Positions 26,979-36,857 of a stretch of DNA of 64,000 nucleotides are shown here, piece after piece. The first letter of the stretch is position 1, and each line of letters begins with the position of its first letter. Position numbers and translations under genes: made by a program. The notes beneath the pieces are model-generated. The model ran no database searches, was not told the origin of the DNA, and saw only the letters and a program-made list of their open reading frames with translations. Source of the DNA: Candidatus Gottesmanbacteria bacterium (GTDB taxonomy: Bacteria > Patescibacteriota > Microgenomatia > 2-02-FULL-39-11); the NCBI GenBank assembly GCA_016186795.1, contig JACPKY010000002.1, forward strand, positions 925,892 through 989,891, read 5' to 3'.

Positions 26979-27533
26979 TCAAAGGAGTTTTTTTAAAATC
27001 TTCACCTCTTTGTTTGTTGGTGACGTATAGTGTGCCTGGTCAAGAAGTTTTTGTGCAATTTTCTTTTCTCCCAACTCAAGCTCAATTTCCGCACGTTTGA
27101 GGTACGAATACGTATAGTCGGGATAGGCTTTTGAAAGAGTTTCCCAGTATACTTCCTCTGCAATACGTTTTTCCCGCATTGTTGTTAGGCTATTCCATAC
27201 TTCGATTGGTTGAGACTCCTCACCAAGGACTGATGTTTGTGGATTTTTTTGAAAGGTATTCTTGTATAGCTCCTGTGCAAGAGTAAATTCTTCCTTCGCA
27301 AGATTCCCATTTATTGAGAGTGCGTAGATTCCTAATTCCTGGTGCGTGTTACTGTCAAAAGGATTTTTCAAGACATCAATGCGTAGTTGGTTTTCATACG
27401 AGGTATTGGTGGTAAGGCTGATATTTACAAGCATGAAAGCCACGAGACAGAAGAAGCCTGATTGCCAAAAGAAGGGTGCGAGAGAAGGTGCGGTAAAATT
27501 GCGGTAAAATTGCGGGAATTTTTGGGACAGCAC
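26979..27533 (-). CDS. Hypothetical N-terminally anchored protein
   Basis: ORF with N-terminal hydrophobic segment. Contains an 11-bp tandem DNA repeat near its 5' end. Confidence 0.4.
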   Translation of the reverse strand: MLSQKFPQFYRNFTAPSLAPFFWQSGFFCLVAFMLVNISLTTNTSYENQLRIDVLKNPFDSNTHQELGIYALSINGNLAKEEFTLAQELYKNTFQKNPQTSVLGEESQPIEVWNSLTTMREKRIAEEVYWETLSKAYPDYTYSYLKRAEIELELGEKKIAQKLLDQAHYTSPTNKEVKILKKLL

Positions 27534-27628
27534 ATTTTCTATTATAAAGAGAGAGAAGAGAGAATCGCAAGCCCACGGTTTACTATTGACTTCGATAGAT
27601 AAAATGGTTCAAAATACGGTTACTGCCC

Positions 27629-28126
27629 ATGGGATACGTACCTCTTTTTCTTTTCATTTTCTCTCTTTTTGCACCTGGTGCTAACGCACAAGCGGAGGAT
27701 GCACCGTTTGTTGAATCAGAGACGGGTGCAACGGGTCGCAATCAAGTTACGATTCAAAATGAAGGAAGCATTCCCACCAAGGTTGGGGAAGATGCTCTTT
27801 CAAATGTACTGGCGCAGTTTTCGAACGTCATCCTTCGGGAAGAGAAAATTGCGGCAAAATTAAAATCCCGGATGACAAAAATGGAGGGAGAAGGTGCCTT
27901 ACTCGGAGATGCTTTACCGAAATATGAGGGAATTCAGAACGATCTTCAGGCAGTACGTACTGATATGGAAGAACTTTCAACCGATCCTCAAAAAGACTAT
28001 GGGGACTATAAACTGAGGCTACAAGGCGTCTTTGAAAAAATTGCGACAATTTTAGAAAAAGAGAGACAATTAGTGAAGATACTTCGTGATATATCAGCTG
28101 GTACTATTCAGAAGGAGGGTATATAA
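27629..28126 (+). CDS. Hypothetical secreted coiled-coil protein (signal peptide MGYVPLFLFIFSLFAPGANA)
   Basis: Signal-peptide-like N-terminus followed by a helical, charged sequence. Confidence 0.4.
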   Translation: MGYVPLFLFIFSLFAPGANAQAEDAPFVESETGATGRNQVTIQNEGSIPTKVGEDALSNVLAQFSNVILREEKIAAKLKSRMTKMEGEGALLGDALPKYEGIQNDLQAVRTDMEELSTDPQKDYGDYKLRLQGVFEKIATILEKERQLVKILRDISAGTIQKEGI

Positions 28127-28130
28127 CCGT

Positions 28131-28610
28131 ATGTCTGATGAAACTTTTTCTGATAAACTGAGTTCATCCCAAGGAACGTCTCCGCCCGTTCAATCTCAGA
28201 CACCTTTGCCGGTCCAGTCGTCTTCTTTGGAAAACGACGTTCCCACTGCGCCTACGACTTCCACTCCACCGCCAACACCCCCTCCGACCGTTGTTGTTTC
28301 TTCTGGGAATGGTCCACCAGTATGGTTTTTACTTCTTTTTCTCCTCACCGTTATTGCTTTTCTTACAATGACCGTAATGCTTTACCAACGCATGTACCAT
28401 GGAAAATCTCTTCTTCCGGAAAGTATTTTCGCTACACCGACACTCACAGCTACTCCACTTCCGTCAGAGCCGCCAGTTTCTCAACAATGGGAATTCCCTG
28501 AAATTGGTGAGTCAGATGAACTTGCAACCATTGAGGCTGATATCAACGGTACGAATCTGAAATCCATGGATGATTCCATGGAGAGACTCGATAGAGAAGT
28601 TAGGAGGTAG
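28131..28610 (+). CDS. Hypothetical Pro/Thr-rich single-pass membrane protein
   Basis: Strong ribosome-binding site AGGAGG 13 nt upstream of ATG 28131. The ORF track begins at 28086 and overlaps the previous gene. Confidence 0.4.
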   Translation: MSDETFSDKLSSSQGTSPPVQSQTPLPVQSSSLENDVPTAPTTSTPPPTPPPTVVVSSGNGPPVWFLLLFLLTVIAFLTMTVMLYQRMYHGKSLLPESIFATPTLTATPLPSEPPVSQQWEFPEIGESDELATIEADINGTNLKSMDDSMERLDREVRR

Positions 28611-29007
28611 GAGTAGAGCTTTTCTTCTGAGAAAATCGCTTCAAAAGGGATCCGGTTAAAAAGCTTCCCCCTAAGAGCACAAATGCGATACTTTCCGGCC
28701 CTGTAGCAGGTGTTTCGTTTGTGGTGCTACTTTTCGCAGTTTGCGGTACCCCTCCCTTTGTGGTTGATTGGGTACCTATCGGGAAACGAGATGTGTATGG
28801 AGTTGGTGTGGAAGGAGGAGTCTGAGTGGGTATGACCTCTGCAAGGTTTGTAGGCGTTGGTGTTCCTGATGCAGTGATGGGGAAGATGGAAGGAATAAAC
28901 CGGCCGAATCGACTACGGAGAGCTCCGGCAATGCGGTTACTGGTGAGAAGAATAATAATGATAAAGATGAATCCTAAGAAAATAAGAATGAACCGACTTG
29001 ATGTCAT
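28600..29007 (-). CDS. Hypothetical N-terminally anchored Thr/Pro-rich protein
   Basis: ORF with TM helix then a low-complexity TPTP region. Confidence 0.3.
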   Translation of the reverse strand: MTSSRFILIFLGFIFIIIILLTSNRIAGALRSRFGRFIPSIFPITASGTPTPTNLAEVIPTQTPPSTPTPYTSRFPIGTQSTTKGGVPQTAKSSTTNETPATGPESIAFVLLGGSFLTGSLLKRFSQKKSSTPTS

Positions 29008-29102
29008 AATTTGGCTTCTCCTCTAAAATTCGGCCTATAATATACTATAAGGGGGATAATGTCAAGTAGAATGGGCTTTTATGGTACAATACAAAACATG
29101 TT

Positions 29103-29603
29103 TTGTCTCTTTCGAATATTTCCGCTATGAACACCTTCTATAGTCCTACATACGGTATGTTGACGCAAGAAACAATGAGGGAAAAGATGTTAGAATTTAT
29201 GTCAGCCTCAAAAAATCATCTCTACACCCTTATTATTGGAACAGATTCTCACTCTAACAATGGTTCAGGAGTATCTTTTGCTACAGCTGTGACCATCCAC
29301 CGAGTAGGGGAGGGCGGAATTTATTTTTTCCGAAGATTTATCCAAACGACATCACTTGTTTTACAAGCACGTATTTTTCAGGAGGTATCGTACTCTTTAG
29401 AAATTGCCGATGAAGTATTAACTCTTCTCCAGGGCGATGGAATCTCAAAGTTTAATTTGGAGATTCATGTCGACGTTGGAGAGAATGGAAAAACGAGAGA
29501 ATTTATGGCTGATGTGATAGGAATGGTTCACGGTTCGGGCTTTAAGGCGAAGGTTAAGCCGTACTCTTTCGGAGCCTCAAAAGTCGCGGATAGACATACA
29601 TAG
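29103..29603 (+). CDS. YkuK/DUF458-like RNase H-fold protein
   Basis: LIIGTDSHSNNGSGVSFATAVTIHRVGEGGIYF resembles the IGTDSQ...VFA.AVV core of the YkuK family. Confidence 0.4.
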   Translation: MSLSNISAMNTFYSPTYGMLTQETMREKMLEFMSASKNHLYTLIIGTDSHSNNGSGVSFATAVTIHRVGEGGIYFFRRFIQTTSLVLQARIFQEVSYSLEIADEVLTLLQGDGISKFNLEIHVDVGENGKTREFMADVIGMVHGSGFKAKVKPYSFGASKVADRHT

Positions 29604-29620
29604 AACTCGAAACTCCTCTT

Positions 29621-31564
29621 TTAAGAGGGACGAGGGGACGGTACATACGTAGGTATTGGGGCACATCCACCCTTTGGTTCTGTTCCTTTGACAAAAACCT
29701 CCTGTCTTCCATGGCACGGTATTGTAATAATTCCCGAAGGGATGGGAAATGGGTTATTCTTCATATCTTTCAGTAGGTTTTTCATAATTTCATTCCAGAT
29801 TGGCGCTGCTCCTGTGACTCCCGATGTAAGTTTCGGATCCATGGGGGAGTTGTCGTTATTTCCTACCCACGTCACTGTTACGAAATCTTGCGTATAGCCA
29901 ATTGTCCAGTTATCCCGTTTATTATCGCTAGTTCCTGTTTTGACCGCGACTGTTTTTCCGGGAATAACAAGCGATGAATTTGGTCCAAATGCCGGAGTTC
30001 GGGCGTAGTTATCGGAGAGGATATGGGTGAGGAGATACGCGGTCTGAGGAGAGAGTGCTTGGATTGGATTATTTTGATCAGGAAGATTTATTGGTTCCCC
30101 CTTCCAATTGGTAATTTTAAGAATAGGGCGGGGATCAAATCGGCTTCCCCCGGAAGCAAGTGTTCCGTAAACCTTTGCCATATCGAGCATGGTTACGTCT
30201 CCTCCTCCAAGCGTCAAGGAAAGGCCAAAGCGATTTTCATCGGCCCAACTTGTGACTCCCATTCGTTTCCCTTGCTCTATCATATTTTTTACTCCAATTT
30301 GGGCTAAAACTTTGACAGCGGGTACATTGTAGGATGATCCGAGTGCCACTCGAAGGGTAACTGGGCCATGGAATGCGCCATCATAGTTAAGAGGGGAATA
30401 CGCAGGAAGATCATCCACTTTATATATGACTGGAGTATCATAAAGAATTGTTGCGGGGGTGTATCCTCGGTTGAGTGCTTCAGCGTAGGTAATGACTTTG
30501 ATTGACGATCCTGGTTGTCGAAGAGCTGTTGTGAGGTTGACGTTGCCTTCTTTCTCGATATCAAAGTAATTTGCTGATCCAACCATAGCAAGGATTTCTC
30601 CATTCTGCGGATTGGTTATGAGAGCTGCCGCATTCCCTACACGCATGGGTCTCAGAGTATCGATTTGTTGAGAAATGACATTCTCTGCCATTTCTTGAAG
30701 TGAAAGGTCAAGAGATGTTGTTACCCGAAATCCTTCATGCGCGACAATTTCTGCCCCAAAGTAATTATTGAGGAGATTTCGAACATACATGACAAAATGC
30801 GGTGCAAGAATTGGTGTGACAGGGGTTCGAAACGTTAGTGTTTGTTGTTTTGCCGTTTCAGCTTCTTGCCGGGTGATAAATCCCGCCTCTACCATTTTAT
30901 TGAGGACTTCCTTTTGACGAGTGATGGCAAATTGAGGGTGATCTCCAAAAGGAGAGTAGAGAGTTGGTGCAGCAGGAAGACCAGCAAGAAGAGAAGCTTC
31001 GGAAAGAGTAAGACTTTTTGTGTCTTTACCGAAATAATATTGTGCTGCAGCCTCTATTCCCCAGGCGGTTCCTCCGTAGGGGACTTGGTTTAAGTACATC
31101 TCCAGAATTTGGTCTTTGGTATAGACTCTTTCTGCCCAGACGGCAAGGACGATTTCAACAATTTTTCTCTGGACTGTTTTTTCTGGAGTTAAAAGCGCAC
31201 TCCTGACTAGTTGCTGTGTAATTGTCGATCCTCCCTGGAGTGTGGGGGAATTCAGATTGTGAAGAAACGCCCGAAGGATTCCTCGTGAAGATATTCCTTG
31301 GTGGTTGAAAAAATCTTTGTCTTCAATTGCAAGCGTTGCGTCAATAACATATTTGGGAATTTGCGCAATGGCAATTGGTGTTCTATTTTCTTCTGCAAAG
31401 TATTCATAGAGCAGTTTTCCATTGCGATCGTAAATTTTTGTTGTGGTGGGAATATCTCGAAGCGATAAATAATTGGGGTTTGGAAGAGCCGTGACAATGC
31501 CGTGAAGTCTGAATGAGATAGCAATTATGATGACAACGAGGCTTCCAAAAAGAAAATACTTCAT
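29621..31564 (-). CDS. Class A penicillin-binding protein (glycosyltransferase GT51 + transpeptidase), paralog 2
   Basis: GT51 motifs (AIEDKDFFNHQG, GGSTITQQLVR), transpeptidase SxxK/KTGT motifs. Start chosen at ATG 31564 (MKYFLFGSLVVIII, TM anchor); the 168 upstream codons in the ORF track are low-complexity and AT-rich. Confidence 0.8.
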   Translation of the reverse strand: MKYFLFGSLVVIIIAISFRLHGIVTALPNPNYLSLRDIPTTTKIYDRNGKLLYEYFAEENRTPIAIAQIPKYVIDATLAIEDKDFFNHQGISSRGILRAFLHNLNSPTLQGGSTITQQLVRSALLTPEKTVQRKIVEIVLAVWAERVYTKDQILEMYLNQVPYGGTAWGIEAAAQYYFGKDTKSLTLSEASLLAGLPAAPTLYSPFGDHPQFAITRQKEVLNKMVEAGFITRQEAETAKQQTLTFRTPVTPILAPHFVMYVRNLLNNYFGAEIVAHEGFRVTTSLDLSLQEMAENVISQQIDTLRPMRVGNAAALITNPQNGEILAMVGSANYFDIEKEGNVNLTTALRQPGSSIKVITYAEALNRGYTPATILYDTPVIYKVDDLPAYSPLNYDGAFHGPVTLRVALGSSYNVPAVKVLAQIGVKNMIEQGKRMGVTSWADENRFGLSLTLGGGDVTMLDMAKVYGTLASGGSRFDPRPILKITNWKGEPINLPDQNNPIQALSPQTAYLLTHILSDNYARTPAFGPNSSLVIPGKTVAVKTGTSDNKRDNWTIGYTQDFVTVTWVGNNDNSPMDPKLTSGVTGAAPIWNEIMKNLLKDMKNNPFPIPSGIITIPCHGRQEVFVKGTEPKGGCAPIPTYVPSPRPS

Positions 31565-32000
31565 TTTTAAAAGGGAAAGATAGAACGAATAACTAGAGAA
31601 GTACCCTTTGATGCGGAAAAATGTCGATAGAAATGGATTTTTGGGAAGTATAAGTCGAAAGTGACGTGACGAATAAATTGTATGGAGGGAATGGGACGAT
31701 GCAGAAGAGCTAGCTATTCTTTTTTTCCTAAAAAGATTCTGAAACGTACGTTTTCCGTTCATAAGTAGATGAACAAATATCTTCTTCTGTATACGCAAAA
31801 CTGCCCTAAGGAATGTATATTCCAAAGTAAGGAGGGTAGTACTAAAAGAAAGGAGTAGATCCCCAATAATTTTTAGGAAATAGAGAATACTTATAGGGAT
31901 GGAAAAGAGAACCGATAGGAATAAATTGTTTGTCTTATAGGATTTTTTCTTCATCGGGGAAGAACTATAGCACAGGTGAAGGGCATTTGTGAAGGGGATA

Positions 32001-34289
32001 TTAGGGTGATCTGACTGTTGTGACGGGATCTCCTCCCTCATGGGAACAGTCAATACAGTAGGAACCAAATGGGTCAGAAACTACCTGGTGTTCCTTCATC
32101 TCAATATTCTCTTTTTGAGAACTTGGAGCCATTTTTTGCGTCGTTGTATCAACGGCGATTGTAAGTTTTAGCTCTTCTGGATCTTTGGGAACCGTGCCTT
32201 TGATGAAGTACTCAAAGCGTGTCGGACAGCCTCGGTCTGAGGCATTGGGGTCAGTATTCGGAGGAGCTTTTCCTGAGAGAGCACATATTTGCACACCCAC
32301 AATATCGGCAGGCTGTTTTGGCCATAAGTCAGTTTGTGATTGTAACACTTTTCTCGTGAGAGTATTCCAGATTGGCGCAGCTCCCGTGACACCTGAAGTT
32401 AAATACGGATGCATTGGAGTATTATCGTTATTTCCTACCCAGACAGCTATCAGAAAATTGGGAGTAAAACCAATTGTCCAGTTGTCTCTTTTGTCATCCG
32501 TTGTTCCGGTTTTGACAGAGACTGCCCGGTTGGGAATGACAAGATAGGAGGAAGAACTAAATGCTTGAGAACGGGCATTATTATCTAAAAGTATATGTGA
32601 GATAAGAAACGACGTTTCGGGAGATAAAACTCGTGGTCCTTCAATAAGAAGGGATGAAGGGTATGATAACGGCGCATGGATGTCGGCGACAAAATTCTGG
32701 TCTCGGTACTCCTCCAGAACTTTTCCTTCTTTATCAGTGACTTTAAGAATACTGACAAGATCTTTGACGATTCCAGTGTTGGCAAAGACACCGAAGGCTT
32801 TTGCCATATCGAGCATGGTTACCTCTCCTCCTCCAAGTGTCAAAGAGAGACCGTACCGTGATGGATCGGTAAATGTTGAAATTCCCATGGCTGATGCGGA
32901 GGCAATGACTGTCGAAACGCCATTTTGAGCCATCATTTTGACAGCCGGAATATTGAAGGAGTTTCCAAGTGCAAAGCGAAGTTGTACCGGCCCATGGAAT
33001 TTTCCATCGTAGTTTACCGGACAGTACAGTGGTTGTCCTGGTACGGAAAAACATGTCGGAGCATCGATAAAAAGTGATGCAAGAGTAACTTTCTTGGTTT
33101 CTATTCCCACAGCATAGTTGATCGGTTTAAAGGCACTTCCTGGTTGTCGGAAGGAAGTTGTGACGTTGAAATTTCCTGATCCAGTAGCAAAATAATCTTT
33201 GGATCCGACCATCGCCAGAATTTCACCTGTTGGTGGTCTGGTAACAATAGAGGCACCATTGCCGACACGGAGATCTTTGAGTTTGGCAACTTCGGTTGCG
33301 ACAGTATCTTGAGCAATGTCTTGCGTAGGCAGATCAAGAGTAGTTGTGACACGAAGTCCGCCTTGCTCAACAAGTTTTTCTCCATATTTTTCCACAAGTT
33401 GTTCCTTCACGTACATGACAAAATGCGGTGCCTGGATATTTTCTATTTGGGGACGGAATTGGAGCGTTTCATTCTCTGCCATCTCTTTTTCTTCCTTTCC
33501 GATGTACCCATCCTCTACCATTCGTGCAAGAACTTCTTTTTGGCGTCGAATTGCATACTCAGGGTGTGCACCAAATGGAGAGTAGAGAGTTGGTGCAGCA
33601 GGAAGGCCAGCAAGAAGGGAAGCTTCGGAAAGGGTTAAGTCTTTTACCGGTTTTCCAAAATATCGTTCTGCTGCAGCCTCTATCCCCCAGGCGGTTCCTC
33701 CATAGGGGACTTGGTTTAAGTACATCTCCAGGATTTGGTCTTTGGAATAAAGCTGCTCTGTCCAAAAGGCAAGAATGATCTCTTTTATTTTCCGACTCAC
33801 TGTTCTTTCGGGTGTGAGGAGGGCAGTTTTCACAAGTTGCTGTGTAATTGTCGATCCTCCCTGGAGTTGTTTTTGAAGAAGCGTATCTTTGATGGCTCTC
33901 GCAACTCCACCGATGGGGTTGACTCCTTGATGCTTATAGAAATCTTTATCCTCAATTGCAATTGTTGCCCGTCTTAAATGTTGGGGTATATCGGAAAGTT
34001 TTACAAGTGTTCTATTCTGATCAGTATAGATTTCATAAAGGAGCGTTCCTGAACGGTCATAGATTTTTGTCGTTTGGGGAATTTCATAGGAAGAAAGTTT
34101 CGATGGAGACGGTAAGTCTTTCAGGATAAAAAAGAAAAAAGAGAATCCCAGAAGAATAAGAATACCGGAGAAAAAAATGAGCTTCTTTTTTTTATTTGGA
34201 ATTTTTTTTCCAACCGCCAAAATGCCTGAGCTCAGGCTTTTCCAAACATTTCGGGAGTGTTTTTTTTCCTCTATTTGCATGAAGGTCAA
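32001..34289 (-). CDS. Class A penicillin-binding protein (PBP1A-like), paralog 1, with Cys-containing C-terminal tail
   Basis: Same motif set (IAIEDKDFYKHQG, GGSTITQQLVK, KTGTTDDKRDNW). Clear paralog of the downstream gene. Confidence 0.85.
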   Translation of the reverse strand: MTFMQIEEKKHSRNVWKSLSSGILAVGKKIPNKKKKLIFFSGILILLGFSFFFFILKDLPSPSKLSSYEIPQTTKIYDRSGTLLYEIYTDQNRTLVKLSDIPQHLRRATIAIEDKDFYKHQGVNPIGGVARAIKDTLLQKQLQGGSTITQQLVKTALLTPERTVSRKIKEIILAFWTEQLYSKDQILEMYLNQVPYGGTAWGIEAAAERYFGKPVKDLTLSEASLLAGLPAAPTLYSPFGAHPEYAIRRQKEVLARMVEDGYIGKEEKEMAENETLQFRPQIENIQAPHFVMYVKEQLVEKYGEKLVEQGGLRVTTTLDLPTQDIAQDTVATEVAKLKDLRVGNGASIVTRPPTGEILAMVGSKDYFATGSGNFNVTTSFRQPGSAFKPINYAVGIETKKVTLASLFIDAPTCFSVPGQPLYCPVNYDGKFHGPVQLRFALGNSFNIPAVKMMAQNGVSTVIASASAMGISTFTDPSRYGLSLTLGGGEVTMLDMAKAFGVFANTGIVKDLVSILKVTDKEGKVLEEYRDQNFVADIHAPLSYPSSLLIEGPRVLSPETSFLISHILLDNNARSQAFSSSSYLVIPNRAVSVKTGTTDDKRDNWTIGFTPNFLIAVWVGNNDNTPMHPYLTSGVTGAAPIWNTLTRKVLQSQTDLWPKQPADIVGVQICALSGKAPPNTDPNASDRGCPTRFEYFIKGTVPKDPEELKLTIAVDTTTQKMAPSSQKENIEMKEHQVVSDPFGSYCIDCSHEGGDPVTTVRSP

Positions 34290-34377
34290 TTATACCACCG
34301 GCATATATTTCAATTTTATCATGGGAATGGGGAGAGAGTAAAAAAGGGAGGGTAGGGGTATCTGGTAGATCAAACCA

Positions 34378-34399
34378 TGTGATACAATATCATATCACA
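34378..34399. promoter_or_regulatory. Inverted repeat TGTGATA-N8-TATCACA ending 2 nt before the CvpA-CAP start codon (also contains TGATACAAT, an extended -10-like motif)
   Basis: Read directly. Candidate operator or translation-occluding hairpin. Confidence 0.3.
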
Positions 34400-34401
34400 G
34401 T

Positions 34402-35412
34402 ATGTTTTCTCCACTTCACGGGAATTGGGTTGATCTTATCATCATCTTGGTTTTCCTCTCCTACCTTTGGGGAGGAGTTCGTCGGGGATTCCTTCTCGGG
34501 ATGTTTGATTTAAGTGGGTTTATTCTCTCGTTTTTTGTGTCCCTTAAATCGTACGCCATTGTCGGATCACTTCTCGTTGATAATTTTTCTCTCCCGACAG
34601 GTATTGCAAATGCTGTTGGATTTCTCCTTGCTGGATTTTTAGCACAGACACTTTTTTCGTACGGTGCATTTTTTATTTATAAGAAGTTTATTCTCCACAT
34701 TTTTAACCCCTTTGATCAAAAGAAGAAAAATATGCTCCGTTTTGTAAATAACGTCTTGGGAGCAATTACTGCTCTTGGAGAGGCAGCCATATTTATTGCG
34801 TTTATGCTTACTCTTTTGGTTGCGTTACCCGTTGCCGGAAGGATAAAAAAAGACATTGTTTCTTCTAAAATTGGCGGCGTCTTCGTTTCCAAAACTCAAG
34901 GAATTGAACATCAACTCAATGCGATTTTTGGTACAGCTGTCAATGAAACCCTCACGTTTATTACGATTAATCCAAACCCTTCCTCAAACGAACGGGTGAA
35001 TCTCCATTTTACCCAGAGTGAAATTAGAATTGATGAAAATGCAGAGCGCACCATGCTTGAGCTTATGAATGAGGAACGGGGGAAGGAGGGATTGGGGAAA
35101 TTGACACTTTCTGTTTCTCTTCGAACTCTTTCTCGTGCATACGCAACTGATATGTTCGCCAGAGGATATTTTTCCCACTTCAATCCCGAGGGTGAATCTC
35201 CATTTGATAGAATGGATAAAGCAAAGATATCGTATACAGCCGCGGGGGAAAATCTTGCTCTTGCCCCAAACGTGACACTTGCCCATCAAGGCCTTATGAA
35301 TTCTCCAGGACACCGGGCAAATATTCTTTCTCCTGATTATGGAAAGGTGGGGATTGGTGTCATCGACGGTGGAATTTATGGAGAGATGTTTGTGCAAGAG
35401 TTTACTGATTAA
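34402..35412 (+). CDS. CvpA-family membrane domain fused to C-terminal CAP/SCP (PR-1-like, YkwD-type) domain
   Basis: Four N-terminal hydrophobic helices of CvpA type. C-terminal YTAAGENLA...GHRANILSPDYGKVGIGV CAP signature. Confidence 0.6.
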   Translation: MFSPLHGNWVDLIIILVFLSYLWGGVRRGFLLGMFDLSGFILSFFVSLKSYAIVGSLLVDNFSLPTGIANAVGFLLAGFLAQTLFSYGAFFIYKKFILHIFNPFDQKKKNMLRFVNNVLGAITALGEAAIFIAFMLTLLVALPVAGRIKKDIVSSKIGGVFVSKTQGIEHQLNAIFGTAVNETLTFITINPNPSSNERVNLHFTQSEIRIDENAERTMLELMNEERGKEGLGKLTLSVSLRTLSRAYATDMFARGYFSHFNPEGESPFDRMDKAKISYTAAGENLALAPNVTLAHQGLMNSPGHRANILSPDYGKVGIGVIDGGIYGEMFVQEFTD

Positions 35413-35436
35413 ACAGATTCATCTGTCGTTCCTTCA

Positions 35437-36378
35437 TTGAAAATATCAAATTCCATCCCGATTAAATCGGGACAAATTTTGCATGATGTTTCTCTCGCTT
35501 CCCTGAGTACATTTGGTATTGGTGGTTTGGCAAGCATGTATGTTGCGGTACGAAATCCGAAAGAGTTGGAAGATGTTGTTCTTTGGGCAAAGAGTGAAAA
35601 ATTACCGTTTCAACTCGTTGCCGGTGGAAGTAATATCGTTTTTCCCGATGAAGGTCTACAGTGTCTTGTTATTCACAATCACGGAGAGAGTTTAAGCCAA
35701 CATGACAATGTACTTATTGTTGATAGCGGTGTTGAATTATCAAACGTTATTTCCTTTTGTATAACACGCGGGTTTTCGGGAGTTGAATATTTATCTGGCA
35801 TTCCAGGAACCATAGGAGGTGCAGTTGTGGGGAATGCCGGAGCATATGGACATGCAATATCAGAAGTTGTTGAGTACGTAGAGGTTTTGAATGGAAAAAA
35901 GATAGAGAAAATTAATAACCAACTCTGTGGATTTCGTTATCGGGAAAGTATTTTTAAAAGGAAATCATTCGTGTTACTTCGAATTTGTATACGACTCACT
36001 CAGGGGGTTAAAAAAGATTTGCGAAAAGTATCTTCAGATGTTATTAAGCAACGGGAAACTAAATATCACCCGGGCATCCGTTGCCCAGGAAGTTTTTTTA
36101 AAAATGTATTAGAAATCGACATAAGTAAGAACTCTCTCTCTCGTATCGATCAGAATGTTATCATCGCTGGGAAAATTCCTGCTGGATTTCTTCTCGGTGA
36201 AGTGGGAGCAAGAGGGATGAAAATCGGGGGAATAAAAATTGCAGATTATCACGGGAATCTTTTTGTAAACACAGGAAGCGGTACAGCCAAAGATGTAAAG
36301 AAACTTGCGCAAATTTTGAAAAAGAGAGTTTTGGAAAAATTCCATATTCAATTGGAAGAAGAAATTCGATATTTTTAA
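35437..36378 (+). CDS. murB: UDP-N-acetylenolpyruvoylglucosamine reductase
   Basis: LSTFGIGGLASMYV...VAGGSNIVFPDEG FAD-binding N-terminus and MurB C-terminal domain. Alternative TTG start at 35479 would place the 19-bp palindrome (35455-35472) just upstream. Confidence 0.8.
   Translation: MKISNSIPIKSGQILHDVSLASLSTFGIGGLASMYVAVRNPKELEDVVLWAKSEKLPFQLVAGGSNIVFPDEGLQCLVIHNHGESLSQHDNVLIVDSGVELSNVISFCITRGFSGVEYLSGIPGTIGGAVVGNAGAYGHAISEVVEYVEVLNGKKIEKINNQLCGFRYRESIFKRKSFVLLRICIRLTQGVKKDLRKVSSDVIKQRETKYHPGIRCPGSFFKNVLEIDISKNSLSRIDQNVIIAGKIPAGFLLGEVGARGMKIGGIKIADYHGNLFVNTGSGTAKDVKKLAQILKKRVLEKFHIQLEEEIRYF
35455..35472. repeat. Second copy (inverted orientation) of the ATCCCGAT-TAA-ATCGGGA palindrome, within the first 36 nt of the annotated murB ORF
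   Basis: Read directly. 17 of 18 identity to the copy at 21804-21822. Confidence 0.5.
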
Positions 36379-36380
36379 AG

Positions 36381-36824
36381 ATGAAAGCTCTTATCCAACG
36401 CGTTAAATCAGGCAAAGTATCAGTAGCAGGGAAAACGATTGGAGAAATCGGGAAAGGATATGTCATTTTGTTGGGAGTGAAAGATGGAGATAGCGAAAAA
36501 GAAGTGTTTCAACTATCCCAAAAAGTAGTAACGCTTCGCATCATGTCTGATGAGGCGGGAAAAATGAATAAATCCATTCTTGATGTGGGAGGAGAAATAC
36601 TTATTATTTCTCAATTTACTCTTTACGCAGATACATCTGGAGGAAGAAGACCATCTTTTATTGCAGCCGCAAAACCAGAGGTTGCTCATACGCTGTACGT
36701 CCAATTTATAGACGAATTAAAGCGATTAGGAGTAAGAAATGTTCAAACAGGATCATTTGGTGCATATATGAATGTTTCAATAGAAAACGATGGACCCGTC
36801 ACAATTCTTGTTGAGAGCAATTGA
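36381..36824 (+). CDS. dtd: D-aminoacyl-tRNA deacylase
   Basis: MKALIQRV..., SQFTLYADTSGGRRPSF, GAYMNVSIENDGPVT are classic Dtd motifs. 147 aa. Confidence 0.85.
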   Translation: MKALIQRVKSGKVSVAGKTIGEIGKGYVILLGVKDGDSEKEVFQLSQKVVTLRIMSDEAGKMNKSILDVGGEILIISQFTLYADTSGGRRPSFIAAAKPEVAHTLYVQFIDELKRLGVRNVQTGSFGAYMNVSIENDGPVTILVESN

Positions 36825-36857
36825 GCGTATCTATTCGGACGTGGTACGATACGTATA

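Noticed and set aside
31565-32068. 168-codon N-terminal extension of the second PBP ORF
   Set aside because: AT-rich low-complexity translation. A good ATG with TM anchor at 31564 matches the paralog's architecture, so the upstream part is treated as intergenic.
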